A program made the translations under genes and the position numbers. DNA of 62,838 nucleotides, counting the filler, from Choristocarpus tenellus KU-1152 (taxonomy: Eukaryota; Protista; Phaeophyceae): NCBI GenBank assembly GCA_964200185.2. It is 10 parts of 10 records of this genome, joined end to end, with 100 filler letters (N's around TTAATTAATTAA, not from the genome) between each part and the next. Parts side by side here need not be neighbours in the genome. Positions count along the whole stretch, not along the records: positions 50,168 to 54,580 come from CAXNAD020014676.1; positions 54,681 to 59,999 come from CAXNAD020011174.1; positions 60,100 to 62,838 come from CAXNAD020025168.1; 7 more parts are not named here. One strand, written 5' to 3'. The first letter of the stretch is position 1; each line of letters opens with the position of its first letter. Positions 51,036 through 62,838 of the stretch are shown in pieces. The notes under the pieces were generated by a model. It was not told the DNA's origin, searched no databases, and was given only the letters and a program-made list of their open reading frames with translations.

Positions 51036-53333
51036 AGAGAAGGGGTAACCCAGTATAATTTCCCCACTGATTTGGCAGGGCTTCTTTGAGGTTCATGGAG
51101 ATCTACTATTGCGTCTTGCTGTTTTAGGTCCTTTAACATCATCCCTTTTCTCCCCCCTCCCCTAGTCCCATAATCTTTTTAAGCCCCTACCATAATGTTC
51201 TGGTGGGGGAGGGGAAGGAATATGTATGTCAGCATTAGGGGTGGGTGGGTGGGGGGCACATACAGATCAGTTAGTAAGCAATTTGGGTACATACTTAGAA
51301 TGAACTCTGGATGGCTTTACACCTTTACTCGTATGAAATACAGGTTTGAGAAGGATGCAAGACCCTGTAAGCAGTCATGACCTATGTATTACTTGGCTGC
51401 TATTGTTGTTCTACTTGAGCATGGGGCAGGGGGGATTAGCCACTTTTGCAGTGGTTGGACTTGGGTCTGTATTTGCAGTGTGACTGGCGTACTTTTCTGT
51501 GGTAAGGGATGTTTCTGATGCCAAGGCGGAGCATTTTCTTGGATTGTTATGCAGCAGCTGGGATGAGTTGCTTTGAGGTAGCCAATGCTCCAATGATGGC
51601 TCTTGCATGATGTTTGGCACTGATCCTGAGCCAAGGTTGCCAGCTTTGTGTTAAATGCAAGAGAGTAGGGTTGTGTTCAATGAGTTCTTTGTAAGTCACA
51701 GCTGATTTGTATTCTGTTTTGGCCATGCCTTGGAAGTAATGCACTAGTGTGCCCCCATGTGCTTCCTCAGTTGAACACAGATCTTTCTACAAGCTCTCTT
51801 TAAAGTATGGCAATTGCTTTTGTCGTTCAAGGGATACATAAACACTTCCAACACAAATTGACCCAGAAAATAGAACAGCAATGATTATTTTCCATCTTGC
51901 TATGGATCGTATTCTAATTCCCAGCTAAGATTCATGGTACAATCGAACTCTATTATGCATCTCTAAGTATCTACCTCTTACATCAATTGGCAGTTGATAA
52001 TTAATAAGTCTACCCACCAGCACTTGCATTGCGTCTTGTGGGTATGAAAGGGAATGTCTGGCCTAGGGTCACATGGTAGGTGAGAAAGACTTTAGAATCG
52101 AGGACCTTCCACGATGTTTTGAGTGAGATATTTCCTTTTTTAACAGGACCGCCGCTTGTATTATTACTAGGAGTGATGTGGTGCATAACAGATTACTGTC
52201 TAATCTAGCATACATCAGATGTCTTCAGTTCCTGTTGAAAGGGGAGTATGATTTGGAGTTTGTGACAGGAAGTCTGGGCTCCCCATTAAGCAGGGACTTC
52301 AGAATAGCTAACGATGATGTGGGTGTAGTCGTTAAAATTGATGGTATACATGCTGTTGAAAGCGCTGCTATCTCCCGTAGATATTGAACTGCACATAATA
52401 TCCATGATCAGCCCAGTATACACTGTGTCAGCCTCAGGTTGAGAATATGGTTGACTTCCCTCTTGCCTACTTCAGCATGTGAAGTCCTGTACCATCAATA
52501 GTAGTAGTACGAAAAGAAAGAGCTTGATAGTGTAGAAGAAATAATCTTACATACACTGTACAAGGAAGATAAAATTCCACAAGCGCCAAAATACTATGTA
52601 TGGACTGTTATAATAGCACATCATGAGATCCATTTCCTCCTCGTAACAAAATAACTTAGAACAATGATGATAGACAATACTCTACTATAGTGGGTGATGT
52701 ACATACATGTACCAAGACCTGGTCTGTCATGAAATTCTGTCTGACTACAAAATGATGCATATCCTGGAATGCACCACCATTCATTGTGTGGCTCAATACC
52801 TTTTGTTGGATTTATACTGTGTTGCTTCCCCCCTCCCTCCCCTTGTCACAATTTGAAGTACTGCATGGTGACACTTAGGTGTTGAGATTGCATGCGCAAG
52901 GCTGCTTGCTGCACAGGAGGCATCAACAGTAACAGCTCGCTCCTGCTGCTGCTATTGTTGCACACTATTGAATCGCTATACCACATATTTTCAACACCAA
53001 GGGAGTACTTCAGTTTATACACCACAGTAAGAACACTGCTGAGAGTGAGAAGCAGAAGATAAAGCCAAAGGAAAGTCCAGCGAAACTCAATACATCCTCT
53101 CTAACTAAATAAAAACATTTGGAGTGCTCTGGAGCATATCCCAACAATGAGACCTACTCTTCAATGTGATCAAATCCTAGGTAATGTACATGACGTCAGT
53201 GTTCTCCTAAAGTCAACAGTAAGCCATGGCTCTAGGTGGCAAGTTTGACGAAGACTTGTCCTCAGAGAGACAGTCTGTACATCACAAAGCCCTCTACCGC
53301 AACCCTGATGTCATCAAAAGGTACTTACACGTC

Positions 53334-54580
53334 CTATGCAACAGCAGCACTTTCAGCAGCAGAAGCCACCAGCGTCAAAGCCGTTTTTACTACATCAACC
53401 TTAGTGGTGTCTGCCGGAATCGAGACTGCCTCCAGAACTGGAGCTTCAGTTGGGGTCTGCGTGAAGCAAGTCGATGAGACTGATCTGATGCCAATCGTTG
53501 GAACCAGGGCCGGCTCCGTAGCCAGGGCATGAGTCACAAGTGAGTCAGCACCATCACCGTCCCTGACCCCAACCACAGCCCCTGTGTCAACCCAATTCTT
53601 AGCCTCTACATATCCCCCTTCCCTTGCTGCACTTCCATTTCCATGCTCAACCCCTTTCCCAGTCGTCACCACAGCCATGCCAGCAGTCTCACCCTCACCC
53701 CCCATAGCGGTCTTGTTTGCCCCCCTTCTTCGACAAGAAAACTCATTGTCTCCAGTACATATAACACGAGTCTTGCCCCTTGCCCCAGGGGGTCCGAGGT
53801 ATATCACGGCGAGAGAACTGCAACCTTGGTGGGGGCAGGGGCAGTTGACCATCTCTACCCAGCCGTCTTCACTGTGTTCCCTACACTTGCTTGGACGTAT
53901 GTCCCCCTCTGGACCGTACTCAGGCCGCTGGATCCGAGGATATCGAGGGGGGGGGGGGGGGGGGGGGGGGGGGAAAAGAGTTGGAGGGCGCTTGGGGAAG
54001 CGCAGGGTTGAAATTCACAGTACTATGGCAATGGCTCTACACATCTTTGAGTTTTGGTCCTGGAAACAATCAGGTTACGAGGTTCGCCTGGCAATGCCCA
54101 GCTAACTCTAAAAGAGGATGTGTGAGGTGCAATATTTCAGTTTGCTTGCTACATCGGCATCGCAATATAGATCTCTCTGTGTGGCGAGAGGATACGAATA
54201 GTCTCACCTCAAAAACTGCAGTACCACATCTAGCTCCTGCAAGTTCCTAACCCCAACTTTCGGCAGCCTGCCACCCATGACTAGGGAGCTACATCATACA
54301 CCAAATGATACATGTACAAACCTTGCCACACCGTGCCTGTCGGCAGCGTCGATTCTTGATATCAATCATACCCAACAACTTGTGAGCTGAGCACCGACTG
54401 GGGCGCCGATCCCCGTCTGTCCCAAATATTGGTAGGCGACTGCACCCCTCAGGGTGCTGGCACTTGAAGCTTGTCAAGTTGACCATCCCAGGAGTTCGAT
54501 GTGCTGCACATCTTGTTGGACGCGATACTAACCCCCCTCCCCCCTCTGATTTTTCCTTTCTAGCCTCTGTCTCTGCCCCC
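53334..54580 (-). CDS. EsV-1-7 cysteine-rich repeat protein, 3' part; exons >54580-54322 and 53927-53334
   Basis: RPTRCAAHRTPGMVNLTSFKCQHPEGCSRLPIFGTDGDRRPSRCSAHKLLGMIDIKNRRCRQARCGK|RPEYGPEGDIRPSKCREHSEDGWVEMVNCPCPHQGC; phase-0 GT-AG intron; low-complexity tail. Confidence 0.85.
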
Positions 54581-54680
54581 NNNNNNNNNNNNNNNNNNNN
54601 NNNNNNNNNNNNNNNNNNNNNNNNTTAATTAATTAANNNNNNNNNNNNNNNNNNNNNNNNNNNNNNNNNNNNNNNNNNNN
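54581..54680. other. Artificial contig spacer
   Basis: 44 N + TTAATTAATTAA + 44 N. Confidence 0.98.
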
Positions 54681-54780
54681 ACACATATATATACACACGT
54701 GCACACATGCATAATACACATATATATACACATATATATACACATATATATACACACGTGCACACATGCATAATACACAC
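54681..54780. repeat. Compound (AC)/(AT) microsatellite with a duplicated CACACGTGCACACATGCATAATACACA unit
   Basis: Read directly. Confidence 0.85.
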
Positions 54781-54949
54781 TCAGACCAAAATACACATTG
54801 TAACATACACACACATACTATGTACACATGATCTTTAAAAATTGTTAAAATCCACACTACATTCCTCCAACACCTACTATCTCTAAATATTTCACACATG
54901 ATACACACCCATGCTCCTCCCAAAAAACTCTACTCAGCATCACTTCAAA

Positions 54950-55140
54950 GAGTCAAAGTATCTGGGGAGGTAGGGAGGGTGTCCGTTTTTCACCCTTTTT
55001 TCGATTTTCACTTTTTTGGTGTGATTTAGTTGCACGTATCGGATTTGAAATGCCAGCAAAAAAAAAAAGTTTGTTTGACCGAAACGGACGCCCCCTCACA
55101 AACCACCCCCCACCCCCCCACCCCCCAGATACTTTGACCC
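54950..55140. mobile_element. MITE family C, full copy, TSD CAAA
   Basis: GAGTCAAAGTATCTGGGG ... CCCCAGATACTTTGACCC; CAAA on both flanks; interior diverged from family A. Confidence 0.9.
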
Positions 55141-55260
55141 CAAACGCCTCCACAGGGCAGGCTATGAACTCATGAGACACTATCAAAGTACATTTTTTTT
55201 TATGATTTTTTAAACGAGCCTTCCAAAACATCACCATCCCCAATACACATACGGTTACCG

Positions 55261-55291
55261 TAACCCTAACCCTAACCCTAACCCTAACCCT
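55261..55291 (-). repeat. Interstitial telomere-type repeat, (TAACCC)5 on the plus strand
   Basis: Read directly. Confidence 0.92.
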
Positions 55292-56012
55292 CAAAATTCA
55301 GCAAAGTCCAACAAAGTCTAGTACCTAACCCACACCACCTCCTTCCAAATCACAAGAAACACCCCTCCTACCAGCGCAGTACATGCTATACTCAACTGCA
55401 TCAACAGCCAAAACCAATGCTGAACTGAGTGAATAGTCTACATGCCACACAATGCGTGCAGCATGTCTAACATCAGCAGGCATGTCTAACACACACTACA
55501 CACACTGTTATCTCACCTCTGATGTCTTAGCAGCAATTCCCACATAGGACGACTTGGCCCACTCCTTCGGCATGGTTCCATCTTCGATGGTATGGGTTAC
55601 ACACCTAGGCAGGCGTCACAATCAAGGGGACACACGTACAAGCATATGTACACACAAATATATATACATACATTTGTAACATGTGGGCATACGAATGTGT
55701 GTGTGCTAGTTAATGCAAGGGATCAGCACAAGGAGTTCCACCACCAAGAGGGTGTCTTATCTTTAGTGTTTACAGAATGCCGCACTAGAGAACCAAAAAT
55801 AATAATAATAACTGTTAAATAATAATGTTAATAACCCCAACATATCACACTAGCAAATAGTTTTTAAAAATAGTTTCTAAGCAGGAGAAGATTAGTATTC
55901 TAAACTTTTTTTCAAGAGGTAGCACAAGGAGTAACCATAACAATTTTTTAAAAATAGAAATAAACAAAAAAAACTCCATCAAGTAGCAGACTCCATTATC
56001 TCAGCAATACAG

Positions 56013-56052
<40 letters not shown>

Positions 56053-56628
56053 CATCATCACTCACTGAAGTTTTGGGTAGAGCGTGTGGAATCAGTGACA
56101 CCTTGAGAACAGCCAAGTAGATGTCGACCAATCACCAATATAATAGGAACAATAAGGACAAACCCCACACAGTAAATACCACTGTACCATAAAAAAAATT
56201 AATAATCATCAAGAATTAAAAATAACATTGATACTACAAAATATATATATACATACAAAAACACACACAGCTACCTAACTCAATCTCCAATTCCTCCTGT
56301 TTAAATTTAAAAAACTCATCTAACAATCTACATACACGGAACCGCATTCCACTCTGTAACGATCAAACTCCTTTTTTTATTAAATCATCCTGGCGAAAGT
56401 CCTTCAGAGTACAAAACAAATACACACACTTTCAGATGCGGCTCAACAGGTCACAAAAGAAGCTCCTTCTTCATACCCACATTTACTTGGGACAATCACA
56501 TTTACTTGGGACAATCTTCACACCCTTTCTGCTTTTCACAAGACCTTACCGACTCTCTCACGCCACCTCCGGACCCATCAACCAAACCCCCTCATAACCC
56601 TTGGCGTGTTCAATTCAGGAACACTTTT

Positions 56629-56669
56629 CAGGGCAGGGCAGGGCAGGGCAGGGCAGGGCAGGGCAGGGC
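56629..56669. repeat. (GGGCA)n microsatellite
   Basis: About eight tandem units. Confidence 0.92.
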
Positions 56670-58187
56670 CAACCCAGACTAAAAATAAAAATCTCAATCT
56701 CCTTCGAAAAACAGTTGTGCGTGTGCTTCCTGTCAAAAACTACAATAGATACTGAGAGTTCATGAACACCCATGAACAGCCTGGACCATCATCAGGTACT
56801 TCTCCAGTCCAGTCCAAGTACTGGTACATGACTGGACCATGGTCCCATCTAAAGCTCCCAGTCCGCTAAAAAGCCCTTACATGAGGTGATGGGATAGGAC
56901 AGATGGGTAGGGGGAACTCTAGAGGACAACACGAGGGAGGAGAGAGGGGCACCTCACCTGCGCCAGCGACCAGTGTTCCTTGAATCTATATCAAGAGCTA
57001 CCGATTTTTCATCTGCCAGGATACGTATCCTTGAGGACTGGAGGTAGATGTCAATGCCACAGGGGGTTGGGGTTGGGGTTGGGGATGGGGATGGGGAGGG
57101 CATGGGCAAGGCAATGTGCTGAGTGTCTTGAACAAAAAAGTGAGGTATTAAATAGAACTGGTAATATTATTACTAAATAGTACTACTAATACTATTATGA
57201 GATACAATCACTAATAGGATTATTAGGTAATAATACTTACATCAATATATTGTAGTGCTGCTAATCTTATCATGAAATAGTACTACTAATATTATTATGA
57301 AATAGAACCATTGGTAGAACAACCAAATAGAAGATAAACACCAGCTTTAAATGTGACTACTATCACTATTATTATTAAATGGCACTATTAGTAATTATAA
57401 AATATAATAAAATAGAACTATTAGCAATATATTAAATAGCCCTAATAGTAGTATTATTAAATAGTACAGTCAGAAATATTAAATACTATCTTAGTGGAAG
57501 AAGTGCTGTAGTGTAAGAACATTGACTACAAAAAATACAGAACACTAAACACCCCTATCTACCACATGGAAATATCTATCAAACTTAGGGATCAATACTA
57601 TAAGAAACACACTATACCTCTTTTTGTCAAACACAAATAATACTTTCCACACTCCAGATCATTTCAGACAATCTATACCTATAATTGTCACCTAATATAC
57701 CTGCTACACCTCAGGTCATCAAATCAAGGAATACATGTCAATCCGTCACATACAATCCCCATCCCGCTTGTGACCATTTCAAAGTAACATTCTGTTCCTC
57801 TATTTTTAAATACACATCTATGACTTCAACCATTGACCCAAACTAAGCAGGAATCTCATAAGTCAAGTCAAGTACACAACAGCAGGGTATTGCAAAACAT
57901 CAACCGGAAATAACTACAATGTAATACACTAAAATGTAATAACTACAATGTAATAACTACAATGTAATACACTAAAATCCTCAACACCACCATCAAGATG
58001 TAAGCACCACCATCATACATAGTCCAATATAAGCATATTCAAACAATACACAGCTTATAAACACATTCAATTGCGAGGATTGGCTTCTCAAGAATCATAT
58101 TATTATCATTATTGCAATGATACCACAGTTCAGTGCCCCTCTTATACTACCACCGCCACTATCACCACTATTTAATAATATACTATA

Positions 58188-58704
58188 ATGACCACACCAC
58201 TATTTATATTACAATATCATGACCAAAATATTATTTTTAATACAATATCATGATCACAATACTATTTATAATACAATATCGTGACCACACCACTATTTAA
58301 AATATAATTTCATGACCACAATACTATTTCAATATAATATCATGACCACACTACCATCTATAATATAACATCATGACCACACTACTGTTTCTAATACAAC
58401 ATCATTACTACATCACTATTTATAATATAGTATCATTACCACAATACTATATATAATACAATATCATGACCACAATACTATTTATAATATAATATCATGA
58501 TCACACTACTATTTATAATACAATATCATGAACACACCACTATTTATAATATAATTTCGTGACCACACTACTATTTATAATACAATATCATGACCACACT
58601 ACATGACCACATCACTATTTATAATACAATATCATGACCACACTACTATTAATAATATAATATCATGACCACACTACTATTTATAATACAACATCATGAC
58701 CATA
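58188..58704. repeat. 31-bp minisatellite, about 17 diverged units
   Basis: Consensus ATGACCACACTACTATTTATAATACAATATC, head to tail, no spacers. Confidence 0.93.
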
Positions 58705-58846
58705 CCAGTATTGTCATTGTCATGTTTGCAATGTTGGCACTCACTCCAACTAATTCAACAGACCAGAAAAAAATTAAAAATGGAAACATCAAAAATTTCA
58801 AAGCATCCTGAATTGATCTACTCCAACCAATTCGCGTCTTTATTGC

Positions 58847-58847
<1 letters not shown>

Positions 58848-58882
<35 letters not shown>

Positions 58883-58929
58883 TGACTGTCTCTAAATATT
58901 GTTGCTACAAGTGTGACACAATGCACCCT

Positions 58930-58970
<41 letters not shown>

Positions 58971-59431
58971 TATCATTATTATTATTATTATTCAAAACAT
59001 TTCAGTCACTACGTCACAACCTACACACATTTCAGTCACACCCGTATCTACTTCAACAGATCCAAAAGCTCTTGTTATACATTTCTCTGTCTAGTCTATC
59101 CTCTTCCCCACGTGTTTCATGCTATGTTCATCATAGATGCTTTCACTTCTCCCTCATACAAAGAGAGGGATACAGCGAACCGAAGGGGTGGGGGGTAGAA
59201 GCAAACTGAGAAAAACTGATACAAAAAACTGATACAAAAAAGTGCGTTTCACATATAATCAGTTCGAATGGGTTCAAACTGTACAGAGCACCAATACTAA
59301 TAATAATAACAATAATAATAATAATAATAATGAGAGCAGTAGTATCAATAAAAATAACAATATGATACAATACAGGGAGGCTATAACAGACAGCACTGGT
59401 AAAAGTAGCTCCTACCAATCCACATTATGAC

Positions 59432-59467
<36 letters not shown>

Positions 59468-59488
59468 TTATTATTATTATTATTATTC
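58848..59488. repeat. Microsatellite cluster: (AG)n, (CAT)n/(TAT)n, (AAT)n, (TA)n
   Basis: Read directly; accounts for the poly-I, poly-S and poly-N spurious ORFs. Confidence 0.9.
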
Positions 59489-59999
59489 CACAGCATTGAA
59501 AAAAAGCCTCATACCCTACAAGAACTTCCTCACGTCCTCGCCCCCCCCCCCTCACCAAACAACTCCTACTGCCTTGCAAGTCATGGAGAGTACTTACTTC
59601 CTCTCAACAATGTCTTCATACCCACCGCCACACACAGACCCCTCTATCAAACACCAACGCCCCCACACACTTGAGGGATTGATGGAGTCAGCAGAACAAC
59701 ATCAATAATTACCTACAGTCAAAGAAACCAGCGACGGTATGAAATATTGAAGATATATACATACCGTCAGTATATTGGCAGTATACCTTATATCATCATA
59801 CTGACTCACCAATCCCCCCATATCTGATTGGTGGAAACGTTCAATTTGTCCTCAAAATTGATCCGACCCACCAACCCATCTTTTTTATTATATTTATTCC
59901 CATTAATAACTCCCAATACCACAGATCACCGCAACCATTTCACCTCCCTCACCAAAAGTAAACACCTAATCAAGGCATCTACCTACCCTCCCCCTCCCC

Positions 60000-60099
60000 N
60001 NNNNNNNNNNNNNNNNNNNNNNNNNNNNNNNNNNNNNNNNNNNTTAATTAATTAANNNNNNNNNNNNNNNNNNNNNNNNNNNNNNNNNNNNNNNNNNNN
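60000..60099. other. Artificial contig spacer
   Basis: 44 N + TTAATTAATTAA + 44 N. Confidence 0.98.
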
Positions 60100-62838
60100 G
60101 AAAAATACTATCCTGTCTGTTTAACACTCTCGTTCGATGACATGCGTGACAGGTATACATGCCCAAAGTGCTCTATCACGCATATGGGCGAATGTGCCTA
60201 TGTGGAGATTGTAGGCGACGAGAGGCACAAGGATCGATTATGTATCAATTGCCCCATGGAACAGGAGGGCAATGAAGGGTCTGGATCGGTGGGGAACGAA
60301 GCAGCGGGTCGGGGCAGGGGCAAGGGCAAGGGTAAGGCTCCCGCAAGGAGCGCGGGCGGGTCACCCATGACGCAAAGCCTTTTACATCCCCCCTCACGCA
60401 CGAAACGGCCGACATGGAGAAGTGCATATGGGTCTCGGCGTGGTTGCACATTATACAGACGCGCAAGTCGTCTCTGCGTGTTTGTTTTCGCGTTGGTTTG
60501 CACATAGGTCTTGGCTGCTTGTACATCATGTGGATTACTCGTCCTTTGTTCCTTGGATGTGTCGCTTTATTGGAGGGTTCCATGGGATATGGAACTTAGT
60601 GCTTTGACGTCTACCCTCCTTCCACGAGATGTATCTGATAAGTCTGGCATTGTGGAGGGTACGGCCTGACATTTTGGAGATGCCGTGGAAATATTGTCAG
60701 GAGCTCACTTGATGAAAAGATTGCCTGCACCGTAGCTTATTATGCCGTCCTTCTTGTCGTGCTGTCTGTCTACGGTGTCGTGTGTCATGATGTCCAAGCA
60801 GGAGTGAGAACACTGCACTACACGACCTTCGCCCACTCGACCCCACCGTATCCTTAGACAAACTTGGTGATTTCGCCTTCCGCAACGCGCCAAAGCTCGC
60901 CATAGTTTTCATTGCCGCCGAGCCAAGACTCCTCATCGACGAAGAGACGACCAACACACACCTGCACGATATGCTTCAGTGCTTGCGGCCTAAGATGCAT
61001 CCTCAGCGCACCATCGCGCTCATTGTGCCCCACCCGTGGGCCGCGCAAGCACACCGCCTACACGGTGAGTTGCAGAGTTCGCCAGCGCTGAAATACGGGG
61101 TGTATTGCGGGAGACTATTGCAATCCACCATGGCCGTTATCATTCCGTCCATGTGCCGATCAAATATTGTGCGACCGTTCAGGAGATGCGGATTAGGTCG
61201 TGTGTATTCCTATATTTTTCACTTTCCCCATGTTGTTTCATGTCCTTCGTACCTTCTGCTTCCTTTTGTGTCGCTTGCTCTTTCCCCCCGGCAACTACGT
61301 ACTTCTTTGTTTCATTGTCCGCGAATCGCATGCTGGCGTTACTCGTCTTCACTACATTTTTTTGCCATATTTACTTCTATTATTACTTAATTTCCTATTG
61401 TTTGCAATTTTTGCATTGGTTATTGCTTTGCGTTCCACACTCATTGTACTATTATAATGTTAGTGGTACGAGATTTCATGAATCCCTACGATAACTACTT
61501 GTGCGATGTCACTGTCAAGTCTGACGCATGCCGGACCCACACGCTCGCTCCCGCCTTCTCTTCATTCAGAGGCTCTTACTGCGTCGAAGGTGGGCTTGAT
61601 TATGGAGGATCATCCCCTAACCCTAATATACAAGACGAGGAGGGGGGGGCACCCTCAATTAGGCACAGATAACCATCTCAGATGTTGTCAGGACATGATT
61701 CTTCTCGCGCACAATGATGGGACAATGTTCACATGCAATAAGCGAGTCACCGTCGATGACATCTTTGGCCACGGGCATGATGTATCTCCTCCGGTACTCC
61801 AAACCATGTTGGACGTCGAATACGAAGGTGCTGCCTCGGACATCCCCATGAGGGTCCTCCACTTCCTCTTTAACAGGTTCGTTAATAACATCACACACAT
61901 CCTTCTTCACAGAAGCAGCGATTTTTTTTTTGTATAGGTATAGGACATCGTAAAACAGGAACAGAACGAGCTGGGTGACGGTTCAGGGGCGTCAATCCAT
62001 CCCACGAGTTGCTTTCCCGAATCGGTAGGTTAAGCGTCAAAACGCACCAAGAGTGTGTTGCCCTGTATCGGAACATTACTCATACATTGGGACATGATGA
62101 ATCCGTGCGCAATACAATATACCACGTTAGGGCTAATTTACGAACTGCCCTCCTACGATAGGTACACGAATGCTGGGGACACTGCCATCTCCTACAGCGC
62201 AGAGAGGCACAATGTGGTGGAGGCGGCCCTTCAACGGAGCAGGAGGGTGGAGGTGTTCGTGTCCAACACGGCGTCAAAGGACGAGGTGAAAGAGAAGATG
62301 GACATGTCCTTCGGCCAAGCCTACAAGGACGGCAAGTGGAAGGTAAGAAGGATGTGCTGGCTTTTTTTTTCCATTGCTTTCCAACTTGTTGTCTGTTTCG
62401 TTCCCTATGGATAGGTCTCGGGCGTGCAATTGTACTGGTGACGTTTCCTTGTAGATGTTTACACGTTACCAACAGAGTGCACGCAGTTACCCACACCACC
62501 GCTGGAAATCGCGAGTCTCCAAGAGTTTGACGTGATCGTCGGTACGTCATAATGTCCTCCTTCCCCGCACGAACTAAAAAAACGTGCTGCAGTACACCAC
62601 AACATCTTTCACCAACTAACCCTAACCCATACTTATGTGACAAAACCTTATCGCATCGCTAACCCACTTCACTGCCACATTGTTGGGCTATCACATGTAC
62701 GCACATGATGTTCCAGGTATCCACGTCTCTAGTTCAAGACCGTGTGGTAGGCCCTTCCTGCCTGCCGGAAGCCTTGGGGCAGACCCTCGTCCCAACGGAG
62801 ACGCAGCGATGTTTTGCTGAGGCCGTCCATCCCCAGCG
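60100..62838. pseudogene. CpG-rich contig of disrupted coding-like fragments, identity unresolved
   Basis: Cys/His cluster CPKC..H..C...LCINC (60142-60255); coding-like blocks at 61500-62342 with splice-like sites (AAG|GTAAGA at 62343); frames broken by stops and shifts. Confidence 0.35.

Noticed and set aside
53584-54250. Plus-strand ORFs of 119-173 aa
   Set aside because: They are antisense shadows of the EsV-1-7 exon plus an intronic G run.
45996-54580. Functional cluster of CobW, RGG and EsV-1-7 genes
   Set aside because: CobW is separated from the others by an artificial spacer, so adjacency is not shown.
53334-54580. Endogenous phaeovirus insertion
   Set aside because: The gene is spliced and no NCLDV core genes or gene-dense intronless block is visible.
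55261-55291. True telomere
   Set aside because: Only five units, internal to the contig.
58188-58704. CRISPR-like array
   Set aside because: Units are directly adjacent with no unique spacers, there are no cas genes, and the context is eukaryotic.
58696-59430. Poly-Ile, poly-Ser and poly-Asn ORFs
   Set aside because: They are translations of microsatellites.

Overview
Eukaryotic DNA, most likely a brown alga (Phaeophyceae). This is inferred from an intron-split EsV-1-7 repeat gene, GT-AG introns and interstitial TTAGGG tracts. The window is ten contigs joined by an artificial 100-bp spacer (44 N + TTAATTAATTAA + 44 N), so adjacency across spacers is not evidence of linkage. Recognisable host gene parts: a 5-exon CobW/COG0523 metal-chaperone GTPase whose CxCC motif reads CIYY, an EsV-1-7 protein, a gene with two FAM13/Sld2-like helical motifs, an RGG-rich terminal exon, and the first exon of an unknown gene. 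Most other sequence is decayed transposons: a Sola2-like transposase, a probable KDZ transposase, and Copia, Gypsy and LINE relics. There are about 20 full or partial copies of three related MITE families with shared termini and 3- or 4-bp target duplications. The best leads are this MITE/Sola2 system and a possible CpA>TpA (RIP-like) mutation bias. All protein assignments come from manual motif recognition; no database searches were run.
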